Shown here piece by piece: positions 25,145 to 58,091 of a stretch of 64,000 nucleotides of DNA (the first letter of the stretch is position 1; each line of letters opens with the position of its first letter). Under the pieces are notes generated by a model. The model was not told where the DNA came from, searched no databases, and saw nothing but the letters and a program-made list of their open reading frames with translations. The stretch lies in the NCBI GenBank assembly GCA_964106645.2, contig OZ067043.1. One strand, 5' to 3'. The position numbers and the translations under genes are program-made. This stretch comes from Podarcis pityusensis. Its lineage: Eukaryota.

Positions 25145-28100
25145 CTAAGGCAAAGGCACACTTTTTATTTAATGCATCTGATAGTACATAAAACATCAAT
25201 CAGTGTGGTGCAATGACACAGGGCAGTATGATACTCAATTTTCAATTCCTTTCATGCTGCAACAGAATGACATTTTCTTTCCATTATACAGATATCAGGT
25301 GTACACGCACACAACTATCCACACACATTTAAGGTAACATTCAGTTAAAACTGTATAACCAAAAAGTTTGGCTTTCTGGGGGGGGGGGGGGAATGAGACA
25401 AAGAAATCTGTCAGTGTAGCGGCTTAGAAGATTTATAGGTGCATGTTTGCAATTTATTTCTGGCCACTATGCAGTTATTGAACCATATTTTTTCACGAAT
25501 ATGAAACATAGTTCCCAATATGGAGCAGTGGATAGACTCCACAAATTCAAATGCCATAACCACTACCTTTTCCATTATTGATACAGTACATACATATTGT
25601 GTTAAAGTTCTAGGTTTGCCATTTATTTAAGAAATCTGTTTGAAATTAGCTAACATAAAACATTTTAGACAGTACAGACTTCAACCTGTAAACCCACAGT
25701 GTCCACAGCTATCATCCTTAGGATGTAATAGTGTAACTGGCCTTTGGCCTCCCCTGTTACATAATAGTCCAGAACTATAAGCAAGTTGTTCAAAAAAACA
25801 TAGTATTGCAAGCAGCACTGAACACTAAAATCAGGAAACAATATTTTCATCAAAACTGCTTAGAAGTTACTTTTATCAAATGAGGCATTCATCATTATAC
25901 AAACAAGTTTTATTAAAATCATAAAAAAATATATTCTAGTTCAATGGTAAACATCTTCAGTAGAAATATACAGGATTGTGAGAAGTCAGACAAATTCCTA
26001 TAATCTGCACAAAGAAACAAGTTGGGAAACAAGAAAAACGGGCTCAAATCCTGAATAGCATCTGCATACAGATGATGACTATGTTTATATAACATACCAA
26101 AAAATCTCCTATTGAATGATTTTATCTATGTAGCAACATCAAATAACATTTGACAATCGTTTAATTGACTGTTAATGAGAAATAAAGAATGATTTGTCAC
26201 TTGTTTGTCACAGAAGCGTGGTCAGAAGTGAGGTTTGATTTCATCACAGGACTGATGCAGACTGATTTCTGAACCAATCATAAGAAAATGGTTTGCCAAT
26301 GTCACAGTAGATGGTTCTCCTGATATATAGCACATGGTAGCAAACCTTGCTTATTAAATATGTGTTTGTGTGAACATTAAAAACTCAGTAAGCTGTAATA
26401 GCTAGCTTGTGATTTAATTTATCATACAGTTTGTGTATGAAACAGGGACATCCCTGCTATCTGATGACCCTCCCATTGTGTTTCTAATGAAGGTACTTGA
26501 GGCATCTGTTTTAAGCATTTTTCCCCATCAAAGGCTTTAAGTGTAGTTGCTTTAAATAAGTACAGAGATTTGTGCATGTGATAGCTTCCCAGCTGAGTGC
26601 AGTGTTAAGATAACTCCATGCACTCTGGGAATGAACCAAGTAGGAAAAAATTTGTGCTTATGGCAATGTCTGGTGGTTGGTATGGGGCCACTAGATACAA
26701 AACTTTCAATAGTATATGGATCAAATTTTTATAGTGTCTTACAGACTTTAATTAGCTTGGACCATTTAAGCAAATTGTGTTAATGCTTTTACAGAATCCA
26801 AATGAATAGTAGGTAAAAACACAATTAAATATGAATATAATTATATAGATTTCACAAAATTCCTATATAGCACAACCAACAGCACATATAAAGGGCAGGG
26901 GCTCTTACTGCTTACTTGCTCACTCTAAAGTACGGAGCTTAGAATGTGCTTTCAGGATTGCAGTCTATGTTTCCATTTGTCTCATTTACAGAAAATATCT
27001 CACTTCCTACTTCTCTAGAAGATAGCCTGGGAAAGCAGTACGGGAAGAAGTTTCTAAATGGAAGCCTGAAAACAGTGCCCTGAAAGCAGTTCAATGAACC
27101 CAGTGGGGCTTCAAAATTATTTTTACTCAAGCTGCAACTGCCCTCCATGCTGCATGACAAACATACTTCAATCAGTAAGGAGTTTAAAAACCTGCATGAC
27201 GACATAAAATTCAGCTTGGTCAAAGTAAAAGAAATAACACTGGACTTCTGGAAGCCAGCTGCAAGAGTCTAGTAAGCTCTTTGGGTTTTACAATACTTCT
27301 CTTGAAAGGTTAACCATTTTTCTAAACCTTAATTATAATTGGATATTTTATCACACAGCTGTGCTATTTAGTGATTATGCACATCTGTTATACTAACCAC
27401 TGATGAAGTGTCTGTTTATGACATTGAAGAGCCAGGTTCAGCTTGTTTTGAAATAAGAAAAAAATATTGGTTGTTTGTTATACTACATAATACAAGAAAT
27501 TTGACTTAAATCTGAAATGATATGCGGCTCTGCTCGTTAAGCATTCATTTTTAGATTCATGAAACAGTTAATTGTATCTAAACCAGCATAAATCAAACTT
27601 AAGCACCATGTGAAGAAGATTTAGTTTTGAAACTTACTTTTCAGGACTTCAAGAAGCCATGTGTAATTATATATAAATAAAGCCAGCTATGTGGGATTTC
27701 GTATTAGGCAATTCAGGAGACCAATTCAGCAAAATCTGCCTTAATAGACTGCCTTCACAGTCATTTTCAAATACACAGTGTGGCCTCAAATGAACTAGCA
27801 GTTTTCCAAGATGAAGATATTCATTGATTTTATTCTCTTTCCTTAAACACTGTGTTTAACCATAGTTATCCAAATTATGAACTTTTAAAATAGGAAAACC
27901 ATCTGGAATTACTTCTGAATAGACATTTCAGACAGTTTGAGAATAGTGTGCAAAACATTTTCTTAAAAAACAAAATGAAAAACCCCTAACACAACTTCCA
28001 GCCCAAGTCCAGAAATTAAAGTTTCTAAAAGCTTTATACTTAAATGAAATATTAATTATATTTTAAAGCTTCAAATAAAAGCAATGTCTGATTTATAAGC

Positions 28101-28372
28101 CTTCCATAGCATTGAAGGATTTGTACTTACATTCAAGAGTAAGACAAATAATTTTTCAAAGACTGAAATTAATAGTGGAGATTGAGCATATAGGTTAAAT
28201 AAGCTAAAACTCATGTTGAAGTACAGTGTTCTCACCATAACTTTGTTTTGATGAATTTTTAAAATATATTATTTCAACCAGAGTCCTTTAGTGAACACAA
28301 CTCTGGTAATGGAACATTTTCATTAATCACCAAAGTCTTCAATTAAAAGGTTGCTTTCTGGTTCTATGCTCC
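25145..28372 (-). other. Probable long 3' UTR of the TRAM-like gene
   Basis: About 3.2 kb, AT-rich and apparently free of TEs. It ends at a minus-strand AATAAA (25164-25169) followed by a GU/U-rich tract. Other AATAAA sites exist, so the end is uncertain. Confidence 0.55.
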
Positions 28373-47600
<19,228 letters not shown>

Positions 47601-48690
47601 CATCTTATCTGTGTATGGCCTGGTTTGTTGTGTTTGCTTCTTTCCAGAACCTTTCTAGTCTTGCTTTTAAATCTGGATTTCCGCAGCAGCTCACAGAATG
47701 ATAAAACTCATACAAATAGCGCAGGCGAGAAAGCCTTCAGTTAATGAGGATTTCCACTTAAGATTTTGTTGACTTCTAAGTGGGGCCTGCAACAAAATGT
47801 TGCAGCGTGAAGCACTCTCTTCAGATTTCCAGCCAGCCCCATCATTAGGCTGAGTGAGGCAAAAGAAGCTGGGGGTGGGGAAAAAGTGTTAGCCCCCCTC
47901 CTTTGCTTCTGCAGATCCTCCTGAGCCACCTGGCCATTCCATTCTGTTGGAGATCAGAGCTATGTGTGCCACAATTTGTTGTGTTTCCCTCAATTGAACT
48001 TTTGCTATCTTCAGGTGTACTGGAGGGTAAGCAGTAAAGATACGTCAGAAATTTTCTGTATGACATTTCATTGTTTCATAAACTTAAAGTTCTGGGTAAA
48101 AGAAAAAATGCCTACCAGACTCTTAAGACCTTATTAGCTCCATATAAGAAAGGATGAAATTAATGAGGAACCAAAACCAAAAAAAGAATATAGGAACAAA
48201 TGCTGTGGTTGTCTTCTGTTTTGCAGATGACAGTATTTTGTGTTTCTCTACCAGTAGCTTAGTTTAATTGAATATTGGTGTGTAAGACTTTATCATAAAC
48301 CAAACATAGGGGGGGAAGTAATGCTGATTTGTTTTCTCATGCATCTTAAATCTAAAATCAAATTCATCTGGTTTGTTTTTCAGAGTTGTAAAAGAAAGCC
48401 ACACAAGAACTTGGTTGTCATGATGGGGTAAGTGTAGTCAACCTCAAATGACCAGGTCTAATACATGGAAGTCGGAGTGACACAGATTAACAAGGTCTGG
48501 CAGCCAAACTGAAGGGCTGCCAACTGTTTCAGGACACAGACTGGAAGGTGTAGCTTTTCTAAGCATGGTGACAGGGCCAACCCAGTACATTTTGGTGCCT
48601 GAGGTGAAACACAAAATTGGTGCTCCCCTCCCAGCGAGGGAAGAGGGGTTGATATACTTTAGGAACAGGGGGGCAGGGAATAAAGATCTA

Positions 48691-48950
48691 CCGTATTTTT
48701 CGTTCTATAAGACGCACCAGACCACAAGATGCACCTAGTTTTTGGAGGAGGAAAACAAGAAAAAATATATTCTGAATCTCAGAAGCCAGAACAGCAAGAG
48801 GGATTGCTGCGCAGTGAAAGCAGCAATCCCTTTTGCTGTTCTGGCTTCTGTGATAGCTGCACAGCCTGCATTCGCTCCATAAGACGCACACACATCTTCC
48901 CCTTACTTTTTAGGAGGGAAAAAGTGAGTCTTATAGAGCCAAAAATACGG
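48691..48950. mobile_element. MITE family B, short relative
   Basis: TA-CCGTATTTTTCG...AAAAATACGG-TA. Confidence 0.85.
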
Positions 48951-49989
48951 TACATCAGGATCTGCTGCCTCTGTGGATCCTGCCTAAGGTAGGTGCTACC
49001 TTGTGTCATGCATGGGTGGGTTGGTCCTGCATATAGATAAGCAATGTAGCCAGTGTTTGCAGATCACACTGCTGTTAAAAAGCTCATAACAGGCCAGGCA
49101 GAAGTCTGGCAAGCCAAAATCCCTAAGGCGTTTTACCAAATAATTTTATTGAAATGAATCAGGTTCTATATCAGGAAATGAATACCAGGTTCTATAACCA
49201 TTGTTTAGTCGTGTCCGACTTTTCGTGACCTCATGGACCAGAGCACGCCATTAGGAATTTGCATAACTTAAGAAAAAACTTGCCAGATTTGCATCTTAGT
49301 AAACTTACTCTTGTAACTTGCTGGCCTAGGAAACCTGTAGTAGTGTTATTATGTTTGCATGGGCATAGGTTCAATGTAAGCTTTAACACTTGATTTTTTA
49401 AAAAATGTATTGATTAAACATGTATCTCCCAATATTCAGTTCTTGTTCTGATCATATACTCAGCAGTGCACATAAAGTCAACATGCAGTAGGAAAGCAGA
49501 ATCACACCTCTTCATCCTCCCTTGGGATTGGTACAGTCTAAAAGTTATATACATGTATTTGTTCCTATGTACGTGTCCTATTTATGTGCATTTTTAGCAA
49601 GTCTCTCCTGTATTGAGCTTTAAAGTTTGTGCATTTCTGATAGGCGCATATTGAACTGCATATGTTATGCTGACATGTGAAGCGGAGACAGGAAGGAAGT
49701 GTGTGGATATGATTCCAGTGTCCCTCCATGTGTTGATAATGTCTTCATTCTTTCTAGTTATTTTGTCCTGTTGTTGGGAGAATGATGGGAAGTTCTGGTG
49801 CCTCATTTCAGTCATCCTATTGGCATACCTTAACGGTGATGGCCAAACTTGGCCCTCCAGCTGTTTTGGGACTACAATTCCCATCATCCCTGATCACTGG
49901 TCCTGTTAGCTAGGGATGATGGAAGTTGGAGTCCCAAAACACTGGAGGGCCAAGTTTGGCCATCACTACCTTAAAGGTTGCAATAGCTG

Positions 49990-50420
49990 CTCCTGAAGAT
50001 TGTTTTGTTGACGTTTCTGAATTGTTTTGTTTGTAAAGCTTTTTATTCCTTTTTATAATGTATATAAAACAGATAAAACAATTATAACAGATGAAAATCA
50101 AAAGATGAAAAACAAAACTATAAAACAGACATGTAGAATGTGTAGTTACATATGAGTTAAAATAATGACGTCCAAGTAAAAACTACCAACTTTAGCAGAT
50201 CATGAAGTACCGGCATATTTCCAGATTTATCAGGCTTGTGACGAAGTTTGTCTGTATATGTCATAAAGGAATCCCAAATCACATAAAAATTGTCTGGAGG
50301 TTCTAGTCCTTGCTGAAATCTCAAATTATGGATGATTTTCTCCATTATAGCTATATTCCAGAGTGAGTGGTACCAAGTGTCCAGTGTAATATTTTAGGCT
50401 GTTTCTCATTAAGCTGCAGT
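49990..50420 (-). mobile_element. L1/Tx1-like 3' relic (another at about 31570-32040)
   Basis: FYVIWDSFMTY and QWYQIVWETALLEKL resemble L1-clade ORF2 C-termini. Confidence 0.45.
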
Positions 50421-52244
50421 TACTATTCATGCTGCCAAGATTTCTGTGCTACTGATAGTCATTTACTTAGTGGGTTTAAAAAAAAGAGTGGTATTCAGAA
50501 GTGAATGACATTTTCTGCAGAGCGGTATAGTAGGAACTTGCTTTTCCTGTAGGGAACAGTGAACGTGATCTGTCAGAGTGTCAGTTACTAAATAATATGT
50601 TTAGTGCTTGATAAACTTTCCTTCTGATGGGTACTTAAATTAACACTTTTCATACTAGCTAATCAATGACAGAAATTTCACACAAATGTGTTAATCTGTG
50701 ACAGACATTTCAGAGATAAATATGGTCTGGTTGAACCCAGGGGAAAAGACTCTTCCTTAGGAAACTAATTAAGGGCCTTTCCACATTTACCATTGATAGA
50801 GGTATAATTTATGGGGGGTTTTTGGATTTTTTTGCTATACTGTCACATTAAATTGTCTTTATTCAGCTAGTATTCCACTGTACTAATACAATGTTTTGTT
50901 TTGTTTTGTTTTTGTGAAAGATCTGGAATGGATTCTCAATATTTTCTTTTGTGTGGCATGCGTACAAGCGTCATCCAGGTTTCTGTGTAGAAGGGGAGGT
51001 GGCTATTGAGCATGATTTGGGAGGCATCTGTTTTATGCCACTTTCTCTGACTAGTATGAGAAAGATATGACAGGTAGAGATGATGATTCTGAGTCAAAGT
51101 ACAGGCACACACACCCCTTACATGTGTTCTATTCACGTGCTACCCCATATATGTGTGACGCTGGGAAATAATTAAATAAATAGAACCATACCAGGAAATG
51201 GTGGGAGAGAGCTAGAGAGTCATTGTGATTCCCGAGGAGACCCTTCCTGGAGCCCAAAGAGGGAGTCAGTGAGGGAAGAAGCAGCCCCGAAAACACCTGG
51301 GGCAGAGCAGAGATTTGTTTAGGCTGCTCAGCCTCCCCGCCTGGCAGCTGACATGCAAAATAGTGTAGCAGCAGCTGCTTTGCCACACAGCCTCCAGGCT
51401 CCAGCTTGCCTCAGGACTTCAGCTCTTTTTGAAGAGAGAGTTGTGTGGAAAGCGAGGGGGGGAGAGAGCTGGAGAACAGGAAAAAATGGGTGTTCAGAGA
51501 CTTTTTAGAGGGTGTTCCCCCTTCATATGATTTCATTTATGTGTGCTGGGGCCCAGAACGTAACCCCTGCATGGGGGGGGGCAGGCTCCTGTCCCTGGCA
51601 GCAATTATTGGCTGTGAACAATATTTCATCACAATAGCCAGGTTTGTCATTGTTCAGCTAGACACGTAGTTCCTCTTTTAATCTCCTATATTTCCACAAG
51701 ATTAGAATTCTGGAATATTAGCCCCCCCCCCTTTTGTTTTTGTAATATGCGATGGAAATGGGACAGATTTTTCATGAGGTTATTCTGGCCTCTCCGTACT
51801 GCAGACCATCTTGGTAAGATCATCAGTGCACCTCACATCACCAAAAAGCATCAATTGCTAAAGAATACACCTCTTAGATGTTTTCGATCTCTTGTAATTG
51901 AATACAGGTGTTAAGAACTGCTATGAGCTTATATTTGGCTGAACTTACTGAAGAAACTGCTTCTATTTCATTTTCTAAATATCCTGCATCCTATTCAGTT
52001 GAGTTCTTTATTTAAATGAACTATAAGGCTTACAAAACCAAAATCATTCTGTTTGTCTGTAATAGTTATTTTATACAGTTGTATTCACGTACTCAAGAAT
52101 GTAATACTAATGGGTATTGATAATAAGAGTGTGTGCCTCAAGGCCTAGAAGAACCAGGTTCCTTGAGAATAAGGGCTCTCAGAAGCAAGGAACCTTGAAA
52201 GTTGGGCTAACAAGTTGAAGCTAGGTCTGGACGACTATAAACTA

Positions 52245-52887
52245 CTGTATTTTTCGCTCTATAAGGCGCACCGGACCATAGGACGCACCTTGTTTTAGAG
52301 GGGGAGAACAAGAAAAAAAAATTCTCCCCCTCTCTGCCCAGCGCCCCTTCAGCAAAGCGGCAGGAGGCACTGCGCAGAGAGGGGGAGAATTCCCCCCCTT
52401 GTTCTCCCCCTCTAAAACAAGGTGCCGTTCAAGGTGCGTTCAGTCGCCTTCTGGCAGCTACCTTGGAAGCCTGGACAGCGAGAGGGGTCGGTGCGCACCA
52501 ACCCCTCTCACTCTCCAGGCTTCAGGTTCTTTTTGAGCTGGTCTTTGGGGCTGGCGGGGTGAAGCCCACTGCCAGTCCCAAAGAGCAGGTTGGGGAGCAG
52601 CGGAAAGGCGAGCTTCTCGAGGCTGCCGGGGAAGCCTGGGGCTATGGCTTCTTTAGCCCCGCGCACCCTCTCCCTGCTGGTGAAGTGGCGCGCGGCTAAA
52701 GAGACTGGCCACGTCAGTCCGTTCTCCCTCCTGAGGAAAAGCCCGCAAGAGCAGCGCGGAGCTTGTGTGCAGCTTTGGGGGGCTTTTCCTGCCTGCCTCC
52801 CCCCTGCACTTGCTCCATAGGACGCACACACATTTCCCCTTCATTTTTGGAGGGGGAAAAGTGCTTCCTATAGAGCGAAAAATACGG
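52245..52887. mobile_element. MITE family B copy, inverted relative to the 40675 copy, without the array
   Basis: TIRs and TA TSD; 52245-52620 matches the reverse complement of about 42000-42367. Confidence 0.88.
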
Positions 52888-53470
52888 TACATCATGCTCC
52901 ATTTGAAGACTGTTAGTTGTGGAACAATATTGATTCTCAGCTGTGTGCAACCCAGTTTCTGGTTGCTTCCCTGGCTGTCACCTACTAATACCTTGCTCTT
53001 GGACTACAGTACTCTGCTGTGTTTGACCTTGGCTTTGTTTCATGATTCTGCTATTGGACCATGCCCACTTTTGGGCTGCCTCACTGTGGACTGCTCAACC
53101 TTGACTCATTCTTAAGACCTTGTGTATTTGAATTGCCTTGTTACCCAGCTGCTACCTTGGACCTCCAGAGTTTGGCCAGGCCTTGTCCTGGGAATGTAAC
53201 ATCCCTGGGCTTTTTTGGCTCGGGGGCCAAGCCAGGACCAGACCATTACATGTGGATGGGTACATACTCTTAACTGAATTGAAACTTGGAGGAGTGTCAC
53301 ACAAAGGCTGAATTGCAGTAGGTGCATTCATTGAGCTGGGTACTTGAACAAGGTCTAAAATAATTTCATTTTTCCCATTCACCTTGGAATATGGTATTTC
53401 CCTGTCTTATGATTCAGTAGATGTACACTCTTCACCATGGGAATATTCTTAACAATTGCAGGAGGACCTC

Positions 53471-53517
53471 TGTGTGTGTGTGCACGCGCGTGCGCATGTG
53501 CATATGCATGCATGCGT
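53471..53517. repeat. 47-bp perfect alternating purine-pyrimidine tract
   Basis: TGTGTGTGTGTGCACGCGCGTGCGCATGTGCATATGCATGCATGCGT. Confidence 0.9.
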
Positions 53518-54379
53518 TGCCAATGACTTATTTGTTTAACCGTATACATTTAAGTTCTTTACATTTTGTGTGGCTATGCAACTCTTGCTTCAGACTGATA
53601 CTTCAGAGATGTTTAAAACTACAGCCCTTGCTCTTTTTTAATAAAACTTTTTCATGACTCTAGAGTAAGGCAACACAAGAGGGTGCTATATTTCTATTAA
53701 CGCAAGAGGAGAAAGCAGAAGCAGTTATTAACACCCTGCATTACTCCTCTCCTCTAAGTTACTCTCTTATTTTTTTTAGTTAAGTAGGTGATACACTAGG
53801 TAACTTGGAGTATGGAGTACATTAAGGTAGAAGATGACACAAGCAGAGCAACCATTTAACAGTTGTTTATGGTACAAGTATCTGGGTGATATTTGATTAA
53901 GTCATATATGGAATGGACTTAAAGGTCAGTCATGACTATCTTAAGTCCATTGATTTCAGTGGATCTACTCAGAGTATGACGTAGTTGGCTATAGCAGGCT
54001 GTACTTGGAAATGATTTAAGACTACAGCTAGAATTTAATTTAAATTTAAGCAATACATAGAGTAACTCCAAAAGGCCCTATCACAAAAAATATGATATGT
54101 AAGAATGAATTTGCGGGTTCTCAACCCAACTTGGATGAACAGCATTTTTAATTTCTGTCCTAAGTATACTTTATTGGAAGCAAATACTTGATTTATAGTT
54201 ACAATCAAAATTATTCTACCCCCATTGCAAATCAGCTTTATTATCAAATTTTACAGACTTTCAGCTGCTTGCAATGAGCAGATCAAACAAAAGCAATTGA
54301 AATAGCTCAACACAATGGATACTTAAAGTGATTTCCCCAAAATCAGCAGAAAATGCAACTTATACTGGCTTCTCCAGTC

Positions 54380-54910
54380 TCACTATTATTTCACCCCCTG
54401 AATAGAATCCTTCACAGCAGCACAAATACAGCAGGTGTTGTCTCAAGCACACTTGATGCAACTAATCAAGGGCTTCGTTAGTTGCAACAGGTGTTCTTGA
54501 GGTGGAACACAGCAAACCCCTAGCCAGCTCAGGTATTTCATGAGTGTCAAATTTGGCTGCATATTAGAAATATGACTAAGTTAAGAGAATGGTCCAGGAA
54601 GGTAAGAGAAGAGATAATTGCCCTTCACAAACAAGGAGCAGGATACAAAAAGAGAGTAAAGGCACTGAATGTTCCTAGAGACACCACTGGAAGCATAGCT
54701 CACAAGTTCAAAGTTAAAGGAACAGTTGTTACACTATCTCAGGCATAGGCAAACTCGGCCCTCCAGATGTTTTGGGACTACAATTCCCATCATCCCTGGC
54801 CACTGGTCTTGTTAACTAAGGATCATGGGAGTTATAGTCCTAAAACATCTGGAGGGCCAAGTTTGCCTATGCCTGCACTACCTGGACAGGGCAGAAAAAG
54901 GAAGCTACAG
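54380..54910 (+). pseudogene. Tc1-like (Sleeping Beauty-type) transposase 5' relic
   Basis: From ATG 54572: MTKLREWSRKVREEIIALHKQGAGYKKRVKALNVPRDTTGSIAHKFKVKGTVVTL[MITE]PGQGRKRKL, i.e. a paired-like HTH plus a GRxR motif. Confidence 0.8.
54740..54875. mobile_element. hAT-type hairpin MITE inserted into a Tc1 transposase relic
   Basis: TIR CAGGCATAGGCAAACT; 8-bp TSD CACTATCT/CACTACCT. Confidence 0.85.
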
Positions 54911-55014
54911 TAAGTGCAGCCAACTTACTTCCAGATAAATGTATTCAGGGCTGAGATGTTTGACAAACTTCACAAGATAGATAATAGCCAAAAGATGCAA
55001 TCCTAACCAGTCCC

Positions 55015-55295
55015 TGCAATGGGGTGAGCTCCTGTTGCTTGGTCCCTGCTCCTGCCAACCTAGCAGTTCGAAAGCACATAAAAGTGCAAGTAGATAAATA
55101 GGTACCGCTCCGGCGGGAAGGTAAACGGTTTTTCCATGCTCTGCTTTGGTTCTCCAGAAGCAGCTTAGTCATGCTGGCCACATGACCCGGAAGCTTTCAT
55201 GCCAGCTCCCTCTGCCAGTAAAGTGAAATGAGTGCCACAACCCCAGAGTTGTCCACAACTGGACCGAACGGTCAGGGGTCCCTTTACCTTTTTAC
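55015..55295 (+). mobile_element. Sauria SINE, 5'-truncated
   Basis: Body and tail match the 14655 copy. Confidence 0.9.
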
Positions 55296-57013
55296 TTTTG
55301 AGTAGACTTGGCTAGAATTGCAGCCTAATCTGCAACATTGGGTAACCATAACTAGGGCCAACTCAAACTTAGGGAATGGGAATTTGGGATAAAAGAGAAG
55401 AAGACACTTGAGCTGAATGAATTACTGTTGCTAGGCATCTTTCTTGTGTAGAGGTTCTTTTGCTCAGACAGACAAATACTGAAGTATAGCAACCCACAAA
55501 TATTCTAGTAAGCCATCCAGCCTGTATATACATAGTGTTCCAGGGTGACAGCAGGGGCCCTAGCAAGGTTTTCACTTGGAAGAAATTATTACTTCTTATA
55601 GACTAGCAGACAACTAGAAGCGTACGTTAACCAATGCCACACATTTGAAGTTTAAGCAGATGGATTTTTCCTTTCTTTGAAGCTTAAGTGGCTAATTTGG
55701 TCTGACAATTCTCAGCTTAGTGGTTTTTTTTTTTGTTATTTTCATAGTTTAACTATAAAGAAAAATTGTGGTCATACACATTTTCATTGTTGGGTAGTAA
55801 TCACCATCAGTGTTTTCCATCATCACATCTGCATCCCACCCCCTTATCTGTTTCTAGAGAACTAATCTCATGAACAAGCAATTGCCTTTTTGCATTTCAC
55901 ATCAGGACAGCTAATAACATTATACAAATTATGTAACTGAGGGCATCCCCACAGCCACAAGAAGTATATGTGTACACAAAGAACAAAACCAGGAACATGC
56001 ATCAAGCTGAAATGGATTTTTTTTATTATTAAAACAAGAAAAATAGCAAGCAGTTTGTTATGTGGGTCAATTGGTTCTAAATTTCTTCCTTCCAGTAGAG
56101 TTAACTGGTATTTTGGGTTATGGCAGTGGCAGCAGGAGCTTCTTGTCAGCAGCAGTTGTCATGTACTTGCAGACTTCAGTAGCAACACCCATTAGTTAGC
56201 ACTTGCCTGGTTCAAGCATGTGTGCCTAGAACTGCACTACACAGAATGTCTGCAAAGCAGTGTCTTGGAATGCTGATTAGGGTGAATTCTTCTGCCCCAC
56301 AATTTCTCACCCAAATTGTTTTTTCCCTCTGGTAGTTGGATTTATTTCTGATCTTGATGCCAAGCAGGAGTAATGTGGCTGGAAGGAATGGGTTGTGAGG
56401 GGAAATCAGTGAGAGGCAGAAAGGTTTGACACCCCTTACTTGACTTACAATCACTTCTCTATCTTACCACTTTATCTTACCATAACCTGTGCTCTAAGAC
56501 GTGGGTCATAAATGTTATGTTTTACTTTGGCACCCATACAATTGGTCATGAGCAGTGTAGTAGCATTGCACCTATTGTCTCCAGTGTTGCCTGCTCATCC
56601 TTTAAAAAATACTAAATATCAAAACCCTTATGAAGCTGACATCATCCCACAGTTGCATGCAGTAGTCTGCCTTTATCTTCTTAACCCCACCTCTCATTGC
56701 TCCGAGGTCTTTGGAAATTAAGTCATGCCAGTAGCCTTTTGAGTCCCAATAAGAGAGTGTGGTTTTTGGCTAAGTTAGGAGTAAACATTCCTTCTGACCT
56801 TGAATGCATTTAATAGTAACAGACTTCACCATGGCTAAATCATATCTTATTGTTTCCTTTAAAAGTATTTTCTTCTTTGTCTGAAATTAACACCACATTA
56901 AGGTGGAATGATATATGAAAAATTGCATTACATGAAAAATCTCCCTTGTACACTCATTTTTTGAAAGAAAAATCAAGGGTAACATCTTTTGATGTGATTT
57001 TATTGAATATATA

Positions 57014-57375
57014 AAGGTAAAGGTACCCCTGCCCGTACGGGCCAGTCGTGTCCGACTCTAGGGTTGTGCGCTCATCTCACTTAAGAGGCTGGGAGCCAGC
57101 GCTGTCCGCAGACACTTCCGGGTCACGTGGCCAGCGTGACGAAGCTGCTCTGGCGAGCCAGCACCAGCACAGCACACAGAAACGCCGTTTACCTTCCCAC
57201 TATAAAGCGGTATCTATTTATCTACTTGCACTTAGGGGTGCTTTCGAACTGCTAGGTGGGTAGGAGCTGGGACCGAAAGACGGGAGCTCACCCCGCCGTG
57301 GGGATTCGAACTGTCAACCATACGATTGGCAAGTCCTAGGCACTGAGGTTTTACCCACAGCGCCACCCACGTCCC
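57014..57375 (-). mobile_element. Sauria SINE, full length
   Basis: 12-bp TSD ATTGAATATATA (57002-57013 and 57376-57387). Confidence 0.92.
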
Positions 57376-57944
57376 ATTGAATATATATAAAGAGAAATTT
57401 ACATTGGCCTTTTCCACAAGTCTCTCAAGAAATTTGGGATAAGTAACGTCTAATTGGTTGAAAATATTTTGTAATGTAATATAGAGCCTTTTATTTTTGG
57501 TACTCCTTGTGCCTCTGATAGTTTCAGTTATAGATTTATGTTTCTGTATATCTTGTAAGTCATGTGTGCCACACGCCTTGTTCTCCCATTTCTTATGATG
57601 GTACCCTCCACTTACCTGTCTGTATCTTATCACAAGCATCCAGATAACCTGCTTTATTATTTTTTCTTGTGAATGTAACATCTCATGCCAGCCTTGGTTT
57701 GGTTTAGTTTTTGTGTTTGTCTCATGAAATTCTATTTTGTTATTTGGATAACATTTAATAAAACTAGAAAGATGTTGATGAGTAAAGATGTTGTATTTGA
57801 GCTCTGCAGTATGTTCTAATTCTCGAGTGTTTATATTTTGAATAGTTTTAAAGTCAGTTGGCTCAGCAGTGTTAATTGCAATATGCAGGCATGTAGCATA
57901 TCTGTATTATCTGTTTTACTTTCATGCAGCCGTAAAAGCCAAAT

Positions 57945-58091
57945 AGAATCATAGAACTGTAGTGTTGAAAGGGACCACAAGGGTCATCTAGTCCAACCCC
58001 TGCAATGCAATAATACTTTTCCCAACGTGGGGTTTGATCCCCTGACCCTGAGATTAAGAGTCTCATAATCTACCAACTGAGCTATGCCAGC
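57945..58091 (-). mobile_element. tRNA-Lys-derived SINE with CR1-type 3' tail
   Basis: The head TAGCTCAGTTGGTAGA..ATGAGACTCTTAATCTCAGGGTC...CCCCACGTTGGG resembles tRNA-Lys(CTT). The tail GGGGTTGGACTAGATGACCCTTGTGGTCCC...TTCTATGATTCT is CR1-like. Confidence 0.8.

Noticed and set aside
58020-58091. tRNA-Lys gene
   Set aside because: The B-box and stems are degenerate and it is fused to a CR1 tail, so it is a SINE head.
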